DNA from: an uncultured SAR86 cluster bacterium
GTDB lineage: Bacteria; Pseudomonadota; Gammaproteobacteria; Magnimaribacterales; D2472
Length of the DNA: 64,000 nucleotides
Direction of reading: 5' to 3'
Assembly: GCA_902558095.1 (NCBI GenBank)
Contig: CACECP010000001.1
Location: 90,050-154,049, forward strand
Numbering within the stretch: the first letter of the stretch is position 1; each line of letters begins with the position of its first letter. Made by a program: the position numbers and the translations under genes. Shown in pieces: positions 27,117 to 35,261 of the stretch. The notes beneath the pieces were generated by a model. That model made no database searches, was not told where the DNA came from, and saw only the letters and a program-made list of their open reading frames with translations.

Positions 27117-28257
27117 ATATATCTATGAGTATAGTTTGCCATTGATCAAATTGATTTTGAATATTACCCTCAAGTTTAACTTGAAGATCTTCCATTTCAA
27201 CAACCTTAGGAGCAATTTCTCCATCAAATGACTTTGAAACCTCATTTATTGTTGATTCATGGACTTTAGCTTCTCTAGCATCACCTACAGCAGATGCTAT
27301 CAAACCTGCACCAAGAAGTGCTGCAGTTGAAGCTCCTGCACTATAGTCATAATTGTCACTACTAGAAGATGATGATGCAGCTGCTGCAACAATAAGAGCA
27401 CCAAGAATTGCTTTTCCAGCAGCAGCTCTTTGCGCTTCTCTCTTTTGTTTTGAAGCTGTTAATGCTGCCTCTTGCCAAATCTTATAACTCTCATCCATTG
27501 TGTCTGTGAATGAAATATAATGTTTTTGCATTTCATTTTTAAATTGGGCATCTTTTAATTGAACATTTTGTGCCCTAATAAACATAGGGTCATTCATAGC
27601 AGGAACAAATCCCAATGAATATCTTCCATTTTCAACATCTAAGGACTCATCAAACTCCATCTCGTTGAGTTTTTGTGCAAATCTTAAATCTGTAACTAAT
27701 TCAATCTGTTCAAGGTCTCTTTTTTTAAGCTCTTTTATTATATCGCCAGCAATAGATCTATAGACGACATCAAATGGATCTTTACCTTTATTTCTTATAT
27801 TTTGATAGAAGTATTCGCTTGTTCTATGTTTATAAAGTTTGTTTTTTATTATCGGTTTGCCTGTCGAATCTTTTGCATTTATTAAAAGATGAACATCCTC
27901 TCCGTTGGATTCTTGAATAGTTCCTTCAATCACAATGTCTGTTAAGAATTCGGCATTGGTTGTTACTGCAACATTTGCAAAAGCATTGGTTTCGTTAAGC
28001 GATCTCATCATTTTTACTGCAAACCTTCTAGCTTCTGCTCTTCTTAACTCAGGCCATAAGCCATTTTCACGATCGACCTCATCACTTCCTGATAGGCCTG
28101 GATCAAGCTCTACTATATTAATATCTAATTTAGTTGACATTGTTGAAGCGTCTAATTCAAGCTCTTCATATGTCATAGAATTAGTTATAGGCGCTGTAGT
28201 TTCGCAGCTAATTAATATAAAAGTTAGAGCGAATAAAGTTGTAATATTTTTTAACAT
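27073..28257 (-). CDS. g3: hypothetical lipoprotein
   Basis: 394 aa with signal and lipobox LFALTFILISC. It has an internal Ala/Ser/Gly-rich hydrophobic stretch (AILGALIVAAAASSSSSS...AALLGAGLIASAVG). No recognisable domain. Confidence 0.6.
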   Translation of the reverse strand: MLKNITTLFALTFILISCETTAPITNSMTYEELELDASTMSTKLDINIVELDPGLSGSDEVDRENGLWPELRRAEARRFAVKMMRSLNETNAFANVAVTTNAEFLTDIVIEGTIQESNGEDVHLLINAKDSTGKPIIKNKLYKHRTSEYFYQNIRNKGKDPFDVVYRSIAGDIIKELKKRDLEQIELVTDLRFAQKLNEMEFDESLDVENGRYSLGFVPAMNDPMFIRAQNVQLKDAQFKNEMQKHYISFTDTMDESYKIWQEAALTASKQKREAQRAAAGKAILGALIVAAAASSSSSSDNYDYSAGASTAALLGAGLIASAVGDAREAKVHESTINEVSKSFDGEIAPKVVEMEDLQVKLEGNIQNQFDQWQTILIDIYESESSQTNEFEIL

Positions 28258-28940
28258 TTTAAATTCTCCGGTTTAAGGTTGTTATAGATAGCATATTTTC
28301 TAATAAGCTCGTTTTTTAAAATTGGGTCATTCTCTTTAGCAATGCTTTCTTTAAGCTGCGCAGAAACTTGATTGTTATCCTTTATATTTGCTATACATGC
28401 CGGTACAGCTCCATTGTCAGCCATGTTTGAGTTTGTAGAGTTATTTACATTACCTGAATTTGTATTGGCTAAATTTGTATTGGCTGAATTCATATTGCCA
28501 GAATTTAAATTACCTGAATTTTGATTTCCTAAATTTTGATTTCCTGAATTTTGATTTCCTGAATTTTGACTTCCTGAATTTATATTATTTGCAACATTAT
28601 TATTACTTCCATTATTTAATTTTGGGGTTCCAAGAGTTTTTGATGGAGTGCTTACTTTTGTTTTTTGAACATCTGATCCAGAAATAGATCCACCAGAATT
28701 AGTTTGAGCTACATTGAGATCAGCTGTTTGTGCTAGCTGTGATATACATTCTTGGTTTGCTTGTGCTAAAAGTTTTTTAAAATATAAATCTTTAGCTTTA
28801 ACAATTTCTTCATTCGTCATATTAACTTCATCTATTTCAAGTTTAATCTCTTCATCACATGTTATTTGTATAACTTCTTGAGAATTAACTGAAAAAGGAA
28901 TAATTAAAAAAACAAAAAGTAAAAGTTTAATCATCGTCAT
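28251..28940 (-). CDS. g2: secreted low-complexity protein with N/S/G pentapeptide repeats
   Basis: 229 aa with signal peptide MIKLLLFVFLIIPFSVNS. Its core is SGNQNSGNQNSGNQNLGNQNSGNLNSGNMNSANTNLANTNSGN. Confidence 0.6.
   Translation of the reverse strand: MTMIKLLLFVFLIIPFSVNSQEVIQITCDEEIKLEIDEVNMTNEEIVKAKDLYFKKLLAQANQECISQLAQTADLNVAQTNSGGSISGSDVQKTKVSTPSKTLGTPKLNNGSNNNVANNINSGSQNSGNQNSGNQNLGNQNSGNLNSGNMNSANTNLANTNSGNVNNSTNSNMADNGAVPACIANIKDNNQVSAQLKESIAKENDPILKNELIRKYAIYNNLKPENLKC
28450..28584 (-). repeat. About 9 tandem 15-bp units (pentapeptide-coding microsatellite-like array) inside g2
   Basis: Plus-strand units include ttacctgaatttgta, ttggctaaatttgta, ttggctgaattcata, ttgccagaatttaaa, ttacctgaattttga, tttcctaaattttga, tttcctgaattttga (x2) and cttcctgaatttata. 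Confidence 0.85.
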
Positions 28941-29688
28941 TTTTAATAGCGGGCGGTATTCTTCTTAAATTAATTTCCACCTTAAATATCATTAAATAAA
29001 GAACAGCTGCAGCATACAAAGCAAGTCCATATAGAACATATTGCAAATTTGCATATCCTCTGGCGTTTTTAAAGGCAGATTCACTAATATTGGATTGAAT
29101 ATTATCTTGTCTTGCGGATATATTGTCCTGAAAATCATCAATGTACATTTCTAGAGCATCTCCAACTAAATCAAGTCTGTCATCAAAATTTCCAACCCTT
29201 TTAAAATCATTTATATTTTTAATATCATCAAAAAAATCTATTAATCCAGAAACTAAATCATCGTAATCGTCTCCCATATAACTGTAATTACTTTTAAAGA
29301 ATGCTTCTAAAGTTCTTGGTGTTATATTTTGATATAACCTATTAAGGTTTGCTTGTGAATCATCAAATTGTTTTGATATAGCAGTTCTTAAGTCTACAAA
29401 CCTTTTGTCTACTGGATTTTGATTATTTGATGGCGTCGCTGATCGAAGATTTTGAGGTGCTTTGAATTGTGTTACTGGAGCTTTAGGCTTAGGAAATAGT
29501 TTTGATTTAAAGCTTTCATCATATGTGATACTTGGCAGTCTTCCTTTAGATGTACTAGGTGAATCCCCTATTAAGGTCAAACTATATATAAGTGCGATTA
29601 AAGCACCAATCAGTGCTAAAGAACCTATCGCTATCAAAAAATATCTTGAAATAATAATTAATAGATTTTCAATCTTTTCTATCCACAT
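28927..29688 (-). CDS. g1: hypothetical membrane protein (N- and C-terminal TM helices)
   Basis: 253 aa. TM1 is YFLIAIGSLALIGALIALIYSLTLI and the C-terminal TM is LQYVLYGLALYAAAVLYLMIF. The central region is acidic (DDYDDLVSGLIDFFDD). It is the first gene of the operon. Confidence 0.55.
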   Translation of the reverse strand: MWIEKIENLLIIISRYFLIAIGSLALIGALIALIYSLTLIGDSPSTSKGRLPSITYDESFKSKLFPKPKAPVTQFKAPQNLRSATPSNNQNPVDKRFVDLRTAISKQFDDSQANLNRLYQNITPRTLEAFFKSNYSYMGDDYDDLVSGLIDFFDDIKNINDFKRVGNFDDRLDLVGDALEMYIDDFQDNISARQDNIQSNISESAFKNARGYANLQYVLYGLALYAAAVLYLMIFKVEINLRRIPPAIKNDDD

Positions 29689-29779
29689 AATAATTAAAAA
29701 TATTTATATATGTTTAAAATATATCACTATTCAATAAAATATAGAATATCTTATTGATTTTTATTTATACTTATTAAAT

Positions 29780-30112
29780 ATGAAGAAAATTTTTATCTTG
29801 ATTACTATATTTTTATCAACATCTGTTTTAAGTGATTTTGATAATAAGTGCTCTATTCTTATTACATTGAGGTTTCAATCAAATGAAGATGCATATAAAG
29901 ATGCTTTAGATAAAATAAAACAGTGTGAAAAATACGATATTCTTTCTGTTACAAGCTTTCTTGAAGAATCAATTAGCAAGGTATATATTACTGATATCAT
30001 TCAAAACATGTGTATGTTTAATCATGAAATAGTGACACTTCTAGATGCTAATACTTCCAACTTAAGTTGCGTTTACAGAGGTAAAAGCAGAAACGAACGA
30101 AAGTTTAAATAA
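29780..30112 (+). CDS. Small secreted cysteine-containing hypothetical protein
   Basis: 110 aa with signal peptide MKKIFILITIFLSTSVLS. Divergent from the g1-g9 operon. Confidence 0.45.
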   Translation: MKKIFILITIFLSTSVLSDFDNKCSILITLRFQSNEDAYKDALDKIKQCEKYDILSVTSFLEESISKVYITDIIQNMCMFNHEIVTLLDANTSNLSCVYRGKSRNERKFK

Positions 30113-30134
30113 ATAATATCTTTTAACTTAGTAT

Positions 30135-30524
30135 TTAACTAATACATAAATTTAAACCCATCATTACTAAAACTACAATAGACGGCAACCATATTAAAGG
30201 CCTAATCATTGGGATTTTGTAAATATTTATCACAGCGCCTAATAAATAAGCGATTCTTAAACCAAACCATACTTGTGCAAGCAATAAATTAATGTCGCCT
30301 TTTTCCATAACCACGGATAAAACAGCAAAAGCTAAGAATAATGGCAAAGATTGTCTTAGGTTGTCGCTAGCGGATGACATTCTGGAAGATAAATCTGTCA
30401 TTCCGGAAATATCACCACCTGTATAAGTCCAATTAATAAATGGTACTTTATGTAACGAAAAACTCATTGTAAAAAACAAATGAGCAATGTAAAACATCCC
30501 AACACAAATTATTAAATTTTCCAT
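30135..30524 (-). CDS. MAPEG-family membrane protein
   Basis: 129 aa with about 4 TM. Motifs are ASDNLRQSLPLFLAFAVL (N..E/Q..P.F pattern) and LRIAYLLG...IRPLIW. Confidence 0.55.
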   Translation of the reverse strand: MENLIICVGMFYIAHLFFTMSFSLHKVPFINWTYTGGDISGMTDLSSRMSSASDNLRQSLPLFLAFAVLSVVMEKGDINLLLAQVWFGLRIAYLLGAVINIYKIPMIRPLIWLPSIVVLVMMGLNLCIS

Positions 30525-30552
30525 CTTTATAACCTCAATTAAATTAATATAT

Positions 30553-32508
30553 TTAATATTTTAAATTATTTTTTAAATCATCTAAATATGGTTCATAGTT
30601 TTTCCAGTAATCCATTCCACTTGTATATATAGGTTGACGAACTTGCTCAGCACTTGGTGTTTTTACAGATCTTTTAGATTTATAGAATTCAAGACATTCT
30701 TTTTCAAAAGGAATTTCACAATATTCTAAGATATCTCTAACCGAATCCTCAAAGTTATTTACAACATCTTCGTAGTTAATTGAGAGTATTTGATTTGGTA
30801 AAACTTTATTCCAGTGATTCATTAACTCTACATAATTATTATAGTATCCAGCTAAATCTTTTAAGTCGTATGTAAATTCTTGTCCCTCAGCAAAAAGCTG
30901 TTTGAAACATGAAAAACAAGCAGACATTGATGATCTTCTAATATCAATTATTTTTGCATTAGGTAGAATAAGTTTTATTAAACCGATGTGTCTGAAGTTA
31001 TTCGGCATTTTGTCTATAAAATAAGGTTTATCTGATCTAAAGACCTCACTATCCTTTATATATTTATCTCCTATTAATTTTAATTGAGGCGAAGATAAGC
31101 TTAATAATATATCTGGGTATCTTGATTTTTTATCTTGTGACTTTCTTTCGTTTAATCTTAATGCAGTCGAAATAATGTTTGGTAGTTCATGGGTAGGTTC
31201 AACTAGTGAATGAGAAGATAGAATTTGTTCAATGAGGGTTGATCCAACACGAGGCAAGCCTAAAATAAATATAGGAGCCTTTGATTCACTACCCCATTTA
31301 GACTTCATTTCAAATAAATCGTCAGTACATACATCTATCTGGTTTGTACATTCTTTTTCAAAATCATTGACGTTAAATAAAGCTTTGCTTTTTTTAATTA
31401 AATTTCCTTCCTTGTAATGATTAAATGATTTTTCATACTCATTAAGGTCTTCATATGCTTTTCCTAGAGCAAAGTGCATGAAAGTTTTTTCATCTACTGA
31501 AACATATGGATCATTAACCATTTTGTCTATAGAGATCACCTCAGATTCAGAAAAAGTGTATGTTTTAAGATTGGCCAAACTCCAATATGAATCGCCAAAG
31601 TATTTATCAGTTTTATAAGCCGTTTGATAACAGTTAATTGATTTATCTATTTCACCTGAAGTTTTATAAAGGTGTCCCATAGATAACATCACATCCGTAT
31701 TTTTGGGTTCTAGTTTTAAAATATCATTGTAAATATCTATTGCTTCTTGGTATCTATCTGTTCTAAATAAGGCTGTTGATAATAGCTTCATTGCATTTAT
31801 ATTTTTTTTATCTTCATTATAAAAATCTTGAGCATGTTTTAATGCTTCGCCATACTTTTGTCTTTTAGTAAGTATGTTTATATAGTCATATTTAATTTTT
31901 GCATTTTCTGGATCAAATAAAAGCGCGCTTTCCAAAAGAAACTCTGCATCTTCATATATATTCAAATCTCTTCCGATATTAGCAAGCAATCTCATTGCTT
32001 CAATGTCATGAGGGTGATCTCTTAAATATTCTCTACAAATCCTATCTGCTCTTGATAGTTTTCCTTCATGTGTAAAACTAATTACTGTTTTTAATTCAGG
32101 TGGCAAGTCTTTTAGATATATTACATTTTGTTCTACAAATTTTATTAATTCTTCATTTTTGGTTTCTAATGCAAGTATGCCCAACCATGATGATTGAAGT
32201 GATGGATTATGTCTAACAGCTCTCAAGTATGCTTTAAGAGCTTTATTTTTGTTTTTAAGTAAAATATTTGTGTGTCCTATTTCTTGATAGGCTCTTCCAT
32301 AATTTGGATCAACTTGAATCAATTTATCTAAATTAATTAAAGCCTTTTTAGGTTCATTAAGGTATCTATAGCATACTGATGTTAAATAATAAAAATCTTT
32401 TTCTATTAATTGTTTAGAATTTTTTTTACATAAAGATAGCGCGTTTTTAAAATCTTTATTCTTAATAGAATTTTCAATAACTTTTTTAATTTCAGTTCTT
32501 TCGTTCAT
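30553..32508 (-). CDS. TPR-repeat sulfotransferase (copy 1)
   Basis: 651 aa with no signal peptide. The N-terminal half is TPR units. The C-terminal half has PAPS-binding-like motifs ILGLPRVGSTLIEQILSSHS (5'-PSB) and IIDIRRSSMSACFSCFKQ (3'-PB). Paralog of 38662..40254. Confidence 0.8.
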   Translation of the reverse strand: MNERTEIKKVIENSIKNKDFKNALSLCKKNSKQLIEKDFYYLTSVCYRYLNEPKKALINLDKLIQVDPNYGRAYQEIGHTNILLKNKNKALKAYLRAVRHNPSLQSSWLGILALETKNEELIKFVEQNVIYLKDLPPELKTVISFTHEGKLSRADRICREYLRDHPHDIEAMRLLANIGRDLNIYEDAEFLLESALLFDPENAKIKYDYINILTKRQKYGEALKHAQDFYNEDKKNINAMKLLSTALFRTDRYQEAIDIYNDILKLEPKNTDVMLSMGHLYKTSGEIDKSINCYQTAYKTDKYFGDSYWSLANLKTYTFSESEVISIDKMVNDPYVSVDEKTFMHFALGKAYEDLNEYEKSFNHYKEGNLIKKSKALFNVNDFEKECTNQIDVCTDDLFEMKSKWGSESKAPIFILGLPRVGSTLIEQILSSHSLVEPTHELPNIISTALRLNERKSQDKKSRYPDILLSLSSPQLKLIGDKYIKDSEVFRSDKPYFIDKMPNNFRHIGLIKLILPNAKIIDIRRSSMSACFSCFKQLFAEGQEFTYDLKDLAGYYNNYVELMNHWNKVLPNQILSINYEDVVNNFEDSVRDILEYCEIPFEKECLEFYKSKRSVKTPSAEQVRQPIYTSGMDYWKNYEPYLDDLKNNLKY

Positions 32509-32531
32509 AGAGTAATTTTAATACAGTTATA

Positions 32532-32563
32532 TAAAAAAAAGGCCAGTAAAAAACTGGCCTTTT
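32532..32563 (-). terminator. Rho-independent terminator after TBDR-1
   Basis: Palindrome ggccagt-aaaaa-actggcc extended by A/T pairs. On the minus strand it is followed by a run of about 9 U. It lies about 23 nt upstream of the sulfotransferase start. Confidence 0.8.
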
Positions 32564-32579
32564 AAAATACTATATCAGA

Positions 32580-35009
32580 TTAGAATTTATAAGATATTCT
32601 TACACCAATATTTCTAGGTCTATTAGTTGTAATTCTAGGAATATCATCCTGATCGTTATAATAGAAGTTTGCTCTTTCATCAGTAATATTTCTGATAAAG
32701 AACTCAACATCAGTTCCATTAATGCTTACGCCATATGCAGCATCCCATATTGTGTATGATGGTTGCTCTAAGCGTTTAGCTGCTTCAAGTGAGCTATAAG
32801 CTTTATCAGAACTCTTCACAGCAATTTGTGTATAAGCAGGATTACCACCTAGTTCTGAGTCAACCTTAACTCTAATGTTGTACTGAAGTTTTGGTGATAA
32901 TGGCATAGAACTTCCAACATTTGAAATTTGGATAATTCTAGACTTATCAGCAGTAACTTCTGTGTCATTATAAGAAACAGCACTAGCAACAGTTACATTG
33001 TCACTTGGATACCAAAGAATATCAGCTTCCATACCTTTAATCTCGGCATCAGCTGCATTTTCTATGAATGTTAATAATCCAACATTAACTGGATCAAACT
33101 GTGATACTTGAACATCTGTCCAATCCACCATGTAATATGATGCATTAAGTCTTAATGTTCCATCTAGCATTACAGTTTTAACACCTACCTCAGTATTGGT
33201 AGTATCATCAGTTCCGTATGTAATTAACACATTAGGTAAAGCTGAATTCCTTGATGCAAGACCTCCACCTCTATTAAATCCACCAGGTCTGTAACCTTCT
33301 GATCTTGTGAAATACCACATTGTGTCATCATCAACTGTATATTTAGCTGAAAGTTTTGTAATAGTATCATTCATGTTTAATGGTTCAGCACTATGATCAC
33401 CAGACACGTCGTAGTCTCTACCATTTGAAACATTTGAACCTCTATAACCAAACTTTGATTGACCTGTATAGTCAACATCTAAATCATACTTTCTAGCACC
33501 AACAATAAGATCTAACTTATCGCTAACTGGGAAAGTCACTTCAGCAAAGTATGCTGTTTGCTCTTCAGTTCTCTTAAGATCATTAAAGAATCTACAAGCT
33601 GGTCTTCTAACTCTACCTTCTCTTGACCATGCTCCAGGTAATGGATTATTAACCTGGTAAGCAGCCCATGTTCCAGCAGATGCAAACGGATGATCAGTAC
33701 CTAAGTAACAGTAATCATTTTCTGTTTCTAAAATACTTTCATCAATGAATACACCAGCAGTATATGAGAAAGGTAAGTCACTTTCTTCATTGCTTGATAC
33801 TCTAAATTCATGAGTTGTTCTTTGATTATCATCTAATAACTCTACAGATACTGTAGCAGGTCCGCATAAGTTATAAGCTGTATAGTTACAAACATAATAA
33901 GGCAACCATGCACCAACATTTGCATAACCACTATAGTCAACTTGTTGTTCAGATTCTCTCTCTAGATATGCTCCAGTATATAAAGCATCTAGCTTACCCA
34001 TTCTTCCTTCTAATGTAAGTGATGTTTGAGTAAATGAATCATCTAGTGTATCTGGTACAAATCTACTTACGTTAAGATCACCTTTTTCTGGATCGTAGTC
34101 AAAAACACCATCAGCACTAATATCTTGGCTCATGTGTGTGATTAACATTTCCCAATCTTCACCAATTGAAGATGCAGATGAAAGTCTAAAACCTTCATAT
34201 GTAGCATCATTAAAATTATCTTCAACTAAAGTTGAGTTAGTTTCAGTAACAAAAGTAGCCGCACCAGCTGCAGGGAAACTTCCTCTACCAGCACCTGACC
34301 ATGTTCCTGGAACGTTATCTATATAACCACCTTGTTGTGATTTATAGAAAACACCTCTTATAGACCAAACATCATTAATTAGGGGTACGTTTAAAAATGC
34401 GTCATATGAATAACTAGGATCACCATGTGCAGTTGCATAGTGAGACATATTAAATCCACCTTCTCTTTCATTATATTTTGGTTTATTAGTAATCATCCGA
34501 ACAGTACCAGCTTGAGAGCTAGCGCCATACAATGTTCCTTGTGGTCCAGGCAATACTTCAATTCTCTCCATATCAGCAACATACACATCTAAATTCCTTC
34601 CAGGAACTTGAAGTGGCTGTTCATCTAAGTAAAGCGCTACGTTTGGAGTAGATCCTTGAGCAGCAGAAAGGAAGACGTTTACCGGATCAACTGCCATACC
34701 TCTAATATAGATAGTTGATTGACCAGGCCCTCTACCACCTGATGAAACATTAGGTAAGAATTGAACGTACTCATCAAAGTTTGATACATTCATTTCTTTT
34801 AATGTTTCTTCTGTCAAAGCTGTTACTGTTACAGCAACCTTAGAAGCACTTTCATCCTTCTTTGTTGCAGAAACAACAACTTCTTCAATTTGTCTTTCTT
34901 GTGATTCAGCAGTTTGAGGAACTATTGCAGCAACAGTACCTAAAACACCCAAAGAAAGCTTATTTTTTATTTTATTTAATTGTTCTTTTGTATTAATAAA
35001 ATTAAACAT
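32580..35009 (-). CDS. TonB-dependent receptor (TBDR-1)
   Basis: The plug region has EEVVVSATKK and LPGPQGTLYGASSQAGTVRMI. A long beta-barrel ends in NIGVRISYKF. I prefer ATG 35009 (MFNFINTK...), which is preceded by GAGGA. The track ORF starts at 35021. Confidence 0.9.
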   Translation of the reverse strand: MFNFINTKEQLNKIKNKLSLGVLGTVAAIVPQTAESQERQIEEVVVSATKKDESASKVAVTVTALTEETLKEMNVSNFDEYVQFLPNVSSGGRGPGQSTIYIRGMAVDPVNVFLSAAQGSTPNVALYLDEQPLQVPGRNLDVYVADMERIEVLPGPQGTLYGASSQAGTVRMITNKPKYNEREGGFNMSHYATAHGDPSYSYDAFLNVPLINDVWSIRGVFYKSQQGGYIDNVPGTWSGAGRGSFPAAGAATFVTETNSTLVEDNFNDATYEGFRLSSASSIGEDWEMLITHMSQDISADGVFDYDPEKGDLNVSRFVPDTLDDSFTQTSLTLEGRMGKLDALYTGAYLERESEQQVDYSGYANVGAWLPYYVCNYTAYNLCGPATVSVELLDDNQRTTHEFRVSSNEESDLPFSYTAGVFIDESILETENDYCYLGTDHPFASAGTWAAYQVNNPLPGAWSREGRVRRPACRFFNDLKRTEEQTAYFAEVTFPVSDKLDLIVGARKYDLDVDYTGQSKFGYRGSNVSNGRDYDVSGDHSAEPLNMNDTITKLSAKYTVDDDTMWYFTRSEGYRPGGFNRGGGLASRNSALPNVLITYGTDDTTNTEVGVKTVMLDGTLRLNASYYMVDWTDVQVSQFDPVNVGLLTFIENAADAEIKGMEADILWYPSDNVTVASAVSYNDTEVTADKSRIIQISNVGSSMPLSPKLQYNIRVKVDSELGGNPAYTQIAVKSSDKAYSSLEAAKRLEQPSYTIWDAAYGVSINGTDVEFFIRNITDERANFYYNDQDDIPRITTNRPRNIGVRISYKF

Positions 35010-35050
35010 ATGAATCCTCATAGTTAGTTAATATAAATTGCAAAATAAAC

Positions 35051-35128
35051 AAGCCTGGTACCCCAGAAGTATTCCCCCTACGGAAGTTTAGCCATATTTA
35101 TAGACCAGCAATTTCTCTAAATCGGTCT
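35051..35128 (-). promoter_or_regulatory. Candidate structured 5' leader element of TBDR-1 (unclassified)
   Basis: A G+C-rich island sits in an AT-rich 240-nt intergenic region. On the minus strand it can form AGACC...GGUCU, UUCC...GGAA or the alternative GGAA...UUCU, and CUGG-GGUA-CCAG followed by GCUUGUUUAUUUUG. Confidence 0.3.
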
Positions 35129-35261
35129 TGAAACAATCATAACATCTTAAAATAATGATGCAATATAGATATAAACATTGGATATAATAAAAAATACACA
35201 TTATTTATAGCTAGATTAATGAAATTAATTATGTTTCACTAGATTAGATTAATTTACTCAT

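Noticed and set aside
28450-28584. Possible CRISPR-like array, because of regularly spaced short repeats.
   Set aside because: The units are contiguous 15-mers without spacers and lie in frame inside a coding sequence. No cas genes are present in the window.
28460-28687. Plus-strand ORF with a striking repeat (YWLNLYWLN...FLNFDFLNFDFLNFDFLN).
   Set aside because: It is a mirror artefact of the 15-bp tandem array that encodes the SGNQN pentapeptides of g2 on the minus strand. It has no start context or signal of its own.
35022-35261. Known riboswitch class (TPP, cobalamin, glycine, c-di-GMP, fluoride) in the TBDR-1 leader.
   Set aside because: I could not find the diagnostic conserved cores by eye, such as CUGAGA with ACCUGAUCUGGAUAAUGCCAGCG for TPP or the GCCACUG B12 box. 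It is kept only as an unclassified candidate structure.
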